Assembly: GCA_964620475.1 (NCBI GenBank)
Contig: CAZUJN010000001.1
Coordinates: 83,497 to 147,496 of the forward strand
Reading direction: 5' to 3'
Source of the DNA: an uncultured Candidatus Saccharibacteria bacterium
Lineage (GTDB): Bacteria; Patescibacteriota; Minisyncoccia; Phycocordibacterales; CAIZLB01
Length of the DNA stretch: 64,000 nt
In this document: positions 58,176 to 64,000 of the stretch, piece by piece
Numbering within the stretch: position 1 is the stretch's first letter
How the letters are laid out: the number at the start of each line of letters is the position of its first letter
Position numbers and translations under genes: made by a program
The notes under the pieces: generated by a model
What the model was told of the DNA's origin: nothing
What the model saw: the letters and a program-made list of their open reading frames with translations, nothing else
Database searches by the model: none

Positions 58176-59021
58176 TTATTGTAAGTTATGTTTGATAATA
58201 AAAATTCTAAAATTTGCAGGGATACTCCTTACTTTTGTCATATTGAGTTCATGTTTTTGTGCAAATTCGGACATTTTTTTGTATATAAAATCTCTATCCT
58301 CAGAACTTAAACCTGCACTGAACACATTATACGTTCCTTCTTTTATTGAATAAAGAAGGTCATTGAGTTGATATTTTCTTTTCCATGATAGTGCTTTATT
58401 TGAAATAATCTTGAACAAAGTAAATTTTTTATCTGCACAGATATATTCCACAGCTTTTGTAGCATCGCCTGCGGGATACTTTCTTTGAACAAAAGGCTTT
58501 TTGAGATTAACTCTTAAAGAAAAATAATATTCAAAAAGAAGCTCTAGGTCCTTATCTATAATTGGGCTATTAAAAATTTGTTCAATCCTATCTTCTATCT
58601 GACTATTTTCATCGCCAGTAATAATATAACCACCAGGCTTAGATAAAGATTTTATCTTATTCAAAGCTTTTTCTGGAGAATTAAAACAATGAAGAATTGC
58701 TTTGAAGTGCACAATACTATACTGTCCTTTAAATTTAAGAACGTCTCCCAAAATTATTCGGGTTTTATCTTTAACATATTTAGACACAGCCTCATACATT
58801 TTTTCACTATAATCTATTCCATAAATCTCAGCCTTTGAATTTAAATTCAAAAGGGGTATTAAAAACAAGCCAGACCCAAAGCCAACATCTAGAATGTTGT
58901 CACCGTCTCGTGTTAAACCAATGGCTTGAGATGCATATTCTTTCTGTATAGATTTTGGGAATAATCGCAAAATCTCGTACTGTTGTTGGTTTATTTTTTT
59001 GTAGGTATCCCGCGTAGACAT
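58176..59021 (-). CDS. Class I SAM-dependent methyltransferase
   Basis: ILDVGFGSG, GIDYS, AILHC, KPGG; start moved to 59021 (TGgTACAGT 6 nt upstream). Confidence 0.87.
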   Translation of the reverse strand: MSTRDTYKKINQQQYEILRLFPKSIQKEYASQAIGLTRDGDNILDVGFGSGLFLIPLLNLNSKAEIYGIDYSEKMYEAVSKYVKDKTRIILGDVLKFKGQYSIVHFKAILHCFNSPEKALNKIKSLSKPGGYIITGDENSQIEDRIEQIFNSPIIDKDLELLFEYYFSLRVNLKKPFVQRKYPAGDATKAVEYICADKKFTLFKIISNKALSWKRKYQLNDLLYSIKEGTYNVFSAGLSSEDRDFIYKKMSEFAQKHELNMTKVRSIPANFRIFIIKHNLQ

Positions 59022-59147
59022 AAAAGTACTGTACCATAAAATTATCCTTTTGTGTAGCCATTTAAATATTTTTTCTATCAAAAGTTACCAACTCCTGCCG
59101 TGTGAGACGCCTAGACTTCCTCAGGGGTTTGCGTCATCAATGTAGGT

Positions 59148-60473
59148 ATGAAAACAACAGCACCAACAGGCTATGAAATGGCCCAAACAACACAATTAGT
59201 AGCAAGTTTGAAATACTGCCTTTATGCACGTAAATCGACAGAAAGCGAGGAACGGCAAGTCCTCTCTATAGACAGTCAGATTAAGGAGATGTTACAACTG
59301 GCAGAACGAGAGAATCTGGATATCGTGACAATGAAGCGAGAAAGTCACTCGGCAAAAGAAACTGGACAAAGACCAGTATTCAACGAGATAATCGATGAAT
59401 TAAGAGCTGACAAATACAACGCAATCCTCACATGGGCACCCGACCGTATCTCAAGAAACGCAGGAGACTTAGGAAAAATCGTTGACTTGATGGATGCGGG
59501 TAAACTACACCAAATCAGGACATTCGGACAGACATTTTCAAACAATCCGAATGAAAAATTTCTTCTAATGATTCTTGGATCACAAGCAAAGCTTGAGAAC
59601 GACAACCGAGGGATTAATGTAAAACGAGGACTGCGAACAAGAGTAGAGATGGGATTGTGGCCAGGAGTTGCACCTCTTGGATATTTGAATCAAAGGGATA
59701 TCGACAAGAAGTGTCAGCTCATAGTCGATCAATTGAGAGCACCACTGGTAAAAAAAATATTTGAAAAAGTGGCATATGAAAAATTAAGCGGAAGAAAGAT
59801 ATATAATTGGCTTCGATTTGAAGCCAATTTCTATACCAGAGGAAACAAACCTCTGACACTCGCAGGAGTATATAGGATCATAGAAAGCCACTTCTACTAT
59901 GGGATGTTTGAATATCCAAAAGACAGCGGTAACTGGTATACAGGAAAACATGAACCATTGATTACCAAAGAATTATTTGATCAGGCTCAAGCCCAAATGA
60001 AGCGTGACAACATACAACGAGAGAATAAAGAATTTGCATTCACTAAATTATTTACATGCGGATACTGTAGTAGTGGAATATCAGCAGAAGAAAAATGGAA
60101 GCAACTCAAGGATGGAACGCATGCAAAATATGTATACTACTCATGTGCGAGATCGAGAGACAGGAACTGTAAGAACAAATATATACGAGAGGAGGATTTA
60201 ATTATCGAGATGTTAAAAATACTGGACAAGGTAAATATAAACGAGCTAGGCATGAGGCAAAAGCTTGAGGACGAGATAGCAAGATTCAACATATTCCAAA
60301 GGTCGGTGCTCGGAAGTACTGACAAGGTTGGCAACAGAAAAGATACTGATATACGAAACTATGCGAAGTATATTCTCAAAGAGGGAGCGGTTACTGAAAA
60401 GCGAGAATTGCTAGCGAACTTGAGATCGAGAATAGCATATAAAGACAAAGAGCTGACATTAATCGAAGAATAG
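59148..60473 (+). CDS. Large serine recombinase (resolvase + recombinase + Zn ribbon)
   Basis: YARKS catalytic Ser, DRISRN, APLGY, HEPLI, CGYC...YYSC. Confidence 0.93.
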   Translation: MKTTAPTGYEMAQTTQLVASLKYCLYARKSTESEERQVLSIDSQIKEMLQLAERENLDIVTMKRESHSAKETGQRPVFNEIIDELRADKYNAILTWAPDRISRNAGDLGKIVDLMDAGKLHQIRTFGQTFSNNPNEKFLLMILGSQAKLENDNRGINVKRGLRTRVEMGLWPGVAPLGYLNQRDIDKKCQLIVDQLRAPLVKKIFEKVAYEKLSGRKIYNWLRFEANFYTRGNKPLTLAGVYRIIESHFYYGMFEYPKDSGNWYTGKHEPLITKELFDQAQAQMKRDNIQRENKEFAFTKLFTCGYCSSGISAEEKWKQLKDGTHAKYVYYSCARSRDRNCKNKYIREEDLIIEMLKILDKVNINELGMRQKLEDEIARFNIFQRSVLGSTDKVGNRKDTDIRNYAKYILKEGAVTEKRELLANLRSRIAYKDKELTLIEE

Positions 60474-60482
60474 ATTTTAATA

Positions 60483-61871
60483 CTACTTGTACTGTGCGTG
60501 AATGTTTTTAACATAATCATCCGCAATTTGTAGTATTTCACTGAAAGTAAGTATTTCGATGTTTTGTAGAGAATTGCGAAGTTTTGTGAAGTCTCTTTTG
60601 AGACTTTTTTCTTTTATCTTATTTAGCTTACTTTTTGTCAGTTTGTGATCTGAGGAGATTATAATAATTCCCCTTGGGTGGTAAAGGTTTTCTTCTTCAG
60701 TCATATTGGTAATCTTATTTTCATCAGAATTATTTTGAAATCGTTTTTGAACGATAGCGTCCATGTAATTCATGGTCTGAATTACAGCCCTGCTTAATTC
60801 AGAAGAAAAACTAAAATTCTTATGAGAGGAATCCCAAGTCACAGCATTTTTTAAATGTGTCTTAATCTCAATAATATCGAGACCGTTGTAGTGATTAATT
60901 CCAATAAAATCTGGGTATTTTTTGTCGCCATCAATGTCTTTGAATTCAATTTTTGGATATATTCTTTTATACGAGAAAACAAGATAAAGAAGATATTTTT
61001 CAAAATACTTTTGCCAGAGATTTTCCAGCTGTTTTATTTCAGAGTTGTTATCTGTAATTTTTGAGATTATTTTCTTCGCTTTCTCTGTCTCCATATCAGT
61101 AGTTCCCAGAGTTAGAATTTCTCTACCTAAAGCAATAATATCTTTAAGTTTTTCCTTGATAAAATACTCATCTAATGCTCTTAAAAAATCAGGGGAAAAT
61201 ACTTCGTCTTTAATTAGCTTATCCGTAAAATACTCAAGATTTTTTATATCTTCTATATCTAGAAAGTTATCATAATCTTTCTTTTTGTTCTTATTTTTAA
61301 GATTAAATCGTTCAACCATGAAGGAGAAATCTCCTTTGCCAATAGTTGTAACTTCTTTGGGTGCTTTACTGGTATATTTTAGCTTAAGCTTGTTTATCAA
61401 AAAAGTTTCAATACGATCCCTACTAGATTTACCTTTCTTAAAAACATCGTATGAATCACTTAAAATATCAATCAAAATTGGTTCAGGTATTTGAAGCATC
61501 TTTTCATTGGTTTTTCGTAGAATCTTTTTGCCAGTATTTAAAACTTTAATCTTTGAAAATGTGTCATCAATACCTAGAATAAGTTTTATGTATTGAAACC
61601 ACGGGATATTATAATCACTACCATATCTGGTTCTTAATACATTATCTATGTTTACCTTATCTGAAATAATCAATGACTGTCTATTGTTTGTTTTTTCATA
61701 ACTGTTTTGTTGGCGATTGTAATAATGAAAATCAATAAGCACATCTTTCTTATTAAAAATAACCACATCACCAGAAGGGCATAAAATTTTATTGTCTTCA
61801 AAAATCATCCCAGGCCAATTTAGAGATTGAAAAAATTCGACTATTTTCTCCTTTTGTGTTTTTTCTTCCAT
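60483..61871 (-). CDS. sduA: Shedu-like (DUF4263) anti-phage nuclease
   Basis: WQKYFE, YPDF, IIEIKT, ELSRAVIQ..NY, IEILTFSE in the C-terminal domain. Confidence 0.82.
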   Translation of the reverse strand: MEEKTQKEKIVEFFQSLNWPGMIFEDNKILCPSGDVVIFNKKDVLIDFHYYNRQQNSYEKTNNRQSLIISDKVNIDNVLRTRYGSDYNIPWFQYIKLILGIDDTFSKIKVLNTGKKILRKTNEKMLQIPEPILIDILSDSYDVFKKGKSSRDRIETFLINKLKLKYTSKAPKEVTTIGKGDFSFMVERFNLKNKNKKKDYDNFLDIEDIKNLEYFTDKLIKDEVFSPDFLRALDEYFIKEKLKDIIALGREILTLGTTDMETEKAKKIISKITDNNSEIKQLENLWQKYFEKYLLYLVFSYKRIYPKIEFKDIDGDKKYPDFIGINHYNGLDIIEIKTHLKNAVTWDSSHKNFSFSSELSRAVIQTMNYMDAIVQKRFQNNSDENKITNMTEEENLYHPRGIIIISSDHKLTKSKLNKIKEKSLKRDFTKLRNSLQNIEILTFSEILQIADDYVKNIHAQYK

Positions 61872-61886
61872 TACTGCATTTTACCA

Positions 61887-61912
61887 AAAAACAGCAGATT
61901 AATCTGCTGTTT
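61887..61912. terminator. Perfect palindrome downstream of tRNA-Ser
   Basis: AAAACAGCAGATTAATCTGCTGTTTT. Confidence 0.6.
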
Positions 61913-61974
61913 TAGGGCAATCGGGTCGCACTACTTGCTCAGGCAAGTGGGTTGACGCCGATAAAAAATTGTGT

Positions 61975-62064
61975 TGGCGGAGGAGGTGAGATTCGAACTC
62001 ACGGGACCCGTAAAGGCCCTCCTGTTTTCAAGACAGGTGCAATCGACCTCTCTGCCACTCCTCC
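61975..62064 (-). tRNA. tRNA-Ser(TGA), CCA encoded
   Basis: GGAGGAG/CTCCTCC acceptor, CCTGT-CT TGA AA-ACAGG, long variable arm, GTTCGAATC, 3' GCCA. Confidence 0.96.
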
Positions 62065-62109
62065 ATACTGTATACGTCGATATACCTTTATGATATTATC
62101 AGATTATCT

Positions 62110-62568
62110 ATGAAATATCTAGGGGTAGACTATGGACAAAAAAAGATCGGTATAGCTGTCAGTGATATTGACGGAAATATGGCTTTTCCACGTGAAATTA
62201 TCAAAAATGATAGTCTGGAAAATAAGCATATAAAATATATAAATGATTTATGTAATAAAGAGGGTATAAGGGATATAGTTATTGGTAAATCTATTGATTT
62301 TGAAGGTAAAGACAATAAGATAGAATCTAAAGTATTAGAATTTATAAATATTTTAAATAGAGACAATAAATATACAATACATCGTATCGATGAAAGATTT
62401 ACTACGAGTTTAATAGCCTCAGAAAACAGATTTCATTTTCAAAAAATACAAAATTCTAAGAATTTTTCTAAAAACGCTAAAAGTGTCAGAGATAATTCAA
62501 AAGACGATGACGCTAAAGTTGCAACAATAATTCTACAAAACTTTCTCGATTCAAAGACAAAAATATAG
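62110..62568 (+). CDS. ruvX: YqgF/RuvX family nuclease
   Basis: LGVDYGQKKIGIAVSD, DERFTT, ATIILQNFLD. Confidence 0.9.
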   Translation: MKYLGVDYGQKKIGIAVSDIDGNMAFPREIIKNDSLENKHIKYINDLCNKEGIRDIVIGKSIDFEGKDNKIESKVLEFINILNRDNKYTIHRIDERFTTSLIASENRFHFQKIQNSKNFSKNAKSVRDNSKDDDAKVATIILQNFLDSKTKI

Positions 62569-62582
62569 TATAATCATTTCAT

Positions 62583-62906
62583 ATGATTACATTTGACGAA
62601 TTCAAAAAGGTTGAGCTAAAGGTGGGTAAGATACTGCAAGCCGAGCCGGTAGAAGGATCTGAAAAATTATTAAAATTAGAAGTTGATTTTGCTGAAGATA
62701 AGCCAAGAACAGTAGTTTCAGGTATAGCAGGTCACGTAGATATGGATACATTTGTAGGAAGTAAGAAAATATTTGTTACAAATCTAGAGCCAAGACCTAT
62801 ATTAGGTATAGAAAGTCAGGCCATGATTTTAGCAGGTAAAGATGGACAAGGTTTAGCTTTAGTTGAAACAACAAGAGATTTACCAACGGGTACATTATTA
62901 TCTTAA
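62583..62906 (+). CDS. Stand-alone tRNA-binding OB domain (MetRS C-terminal/Trbp111-like)
   Basis: ITFDEFKKVELKVG, KLLKLEVD, VVSGI, NLEPR, SQAMIL. Confidence 0.88.
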   Translation: MITFDEFKKVELKVGKILQAEPVEGSEKLLKLEVDFAEDKPRTVVSGIAGHVDMDTFVGSKKIFVTNLEPRPILGIESQAMILAGKDGQGLALVETTRDLPTGTLLS

Positions 62907-62910
62907 TAAA

Positions 62911-63912
62911 ATGAGTACATTTTTAGAAAAAATAAAACAACAAATACCTGTGCCAAAAATGATACGTTTTGATCATGCAGGATTTGATATTGGTTCTGAC
63001 CATATTCGATATATATTTTTAGAAAAAACTGAAAACACAACTTATGTTAAAAGTTTTGGAACCGAAAGAATACCTCATACAATAGATAAATCTCTTGGAA
63101 TATCTGAGAATCAGGAGGTTGTAGATATTTTAAAGAAAATTCAAAAAGAGAATAAATATAAGTATGTAGAAGTATCTTTGCCTGAAGAGTTGGCTTATAT
63201 ATATACTCAAGAAGTAGAGGGGGATAATGATATATCTATACGAAGTCAAATAGAATTTAAAATAGAAGAAAATGTGCCTCTAAAACCAGATGAAGCTGTT
63301 TTTGATTATGTAAAAGTAAAAGATATAGACAATAATAAGAAATTAATAACTGTCTCTGTTGTATCACAGAAGGTTATAGAGGACTATGTTAAGACATTTG
63401 AAAAGGCAAATATGCAAATAGTTTCTTTTTTGGTACAAAATCAGGCATTATCTAAATCTCTGATTAGTAAAGATGACACAAATTCATATTGTATAGTGGC
63501 TATAGAGAAGAAATATATAGTTGTATCTATAGTATCAGCTGGTATGGTTTTATATACTTCAACTATCAATAAAACTTTGTTTGACGATGAGTTAAATTTG
63601 CAGAGAAAAGAAATATTGGAGGAGGTGATAAAAGATATATATAGAATACTTATTTATTGGACATCATATACAGAGAATAATAAACAATATGGGTTTGGTA
63701 AAATAAAGTCAATAATAATTTCATCAACACATTCAAATATAATAGAATCTGATTTTATTAATATGATGATTAATAAATTAGCTATACAGATAGATAAACC
63801 AAATGTATGGATAAATGCTATAGATTTGAATAAAGAGATACCACCTATTAATAAACTCGATTCATATCAATACGCTACAGCTATCGGTTTAGCTCTACCT
63901 AAGTTAAAATAA
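62911..63912 (+). CDS. pilM: PilM-like pilus assembly protein
   Basis: GFDIGSDHIR, VSLPEE, EENVPL...FDY, YATAIGLAL; start moved to 62911. Confidence 0.78.
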   Translation: MSTFLEKIKQQIPVPKMIRFDHAGFDIGSDHIRYIFLEKTENTTYVKSFGTERIPHTIDKSLGISENQEVVDILKKIQKENKYKYVEVSLPEELAYIYTQEVEGDNDISIRSQIEFKIEENVPLKPDEAVFDYVKVKDIDNNKKLITVSVVSQKVIEDYVKTFEKANMQIVSFLVQNQALSKSLISKDDTNSYCIVAIEKKYIVVSIVSAGMVLYTSTINKTLFDDELNLQRKEILEEVIKDIYRILIYWTSYTENNKQYGFGKIKSIIISSTHSNIIESDFINMMINKLAIQIDKPNVWINAIDLNKEIPPINKLDSYQYATAIGLALPKLK

Positions 63913-64000
63913 ATATATGCTTTTCTTAATGAATAAAAAACAAAAAGAAAAAATACTTGATCAATATTATGCGTCATTGATTAATATATTTTCTATTTCA

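Larger units (their letters stand above)
46411..61997. mobile_element. Genomic island or island array at tRNA-Ser(TGA); recombinase-bearing core ~48272-61970
   Basis: Flanking 21-bp tRNA 3' repeat, serine recombinase, DNA methyltransferases, defence gene, visibly different composition. Confidence 0.8.

Noticed and set aside
53816-59021. Canonical Dpd DNA-modification system or queuosine biosynthesis operon
   Set aside because: No dpdA/tgt, dpdB-K, folE, queC, queD or queE; the QueF-fold protein lacks the reductase motif.
48272-61970. Complete prophage or conjugative element
   Set aside because: No structural, large terminase, replication, relaxase or T4SS genes recognised.
61975-62064. Selenocysteine or suppressor tRNA
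   Set aside because: Anticodon TGA reads UCA (Ser); 7-bp acceptor stem and ordinary serine features.
2320-62366. Many short ORFs antisense to or inside recognised genes (e.g. 49716-50321, 48968-49414, 56433-56825, 27358-27762)
   Set aside because: They overlap well-supported CDSs and show no motifs.
1-64000. CRISPR array or cas genes
   Set aside because: No regularly spaced repeats with unique spacers and no cas motifs seen.
1-64000. Genetic code 25 (TGA=Gly)
   Set aside because: Conserved genes are full length under code 11, and TGA ends ORFs (e.g. 13889, 27915, 43309).

Overview
AT-rich bacterial chromosome segment using standard code 11 (TGA is a stop). Gene content and style suggest a Patescibacteria/CPR (Parcubacteria-like) genome; this is an inference. 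Housekeeping genes: HU, clpP, rsmE, nusA, ppa, tig, tpiA-pgk, recJ-rnhA, sod, rpmB, rpsL-rpsG-fusA-rpsT, gpmA, pyrD, ruvX. It also carries dispersed type IV pilus/competence genes and three tRNAs (Gly-TCC, Arg-GCG, Ser-TGA). From ~39.6 kb to the tRNA-Ser at 62 kb lies an accessory region. It includes a ~15.6 kb segment bounded by a 21-bp copy of the tRNA-Ser 3' end, encoding a large serine recombinase, two DNA methyltransferases, a Shedu-like nuclease and a cargo operon. Most notable: (1) the cargo operon joins a non-canonical QueF-fold protein, two SAM methyltransferases, a YhhQ-type queuosine-precursor transporter and an ABC importer, a candidate new 7-deazaguanine pathway; (2) three copies of a covarying three-way-junction repeat built on the tRNA T-arm sequence punctuate the accessory genes; (3) an adenosylhomocysteinase-like/ThyX fusion; (4) pervasive leaderless promoter architecture. 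All family calls come from motif recognition by eye; no searches were run.
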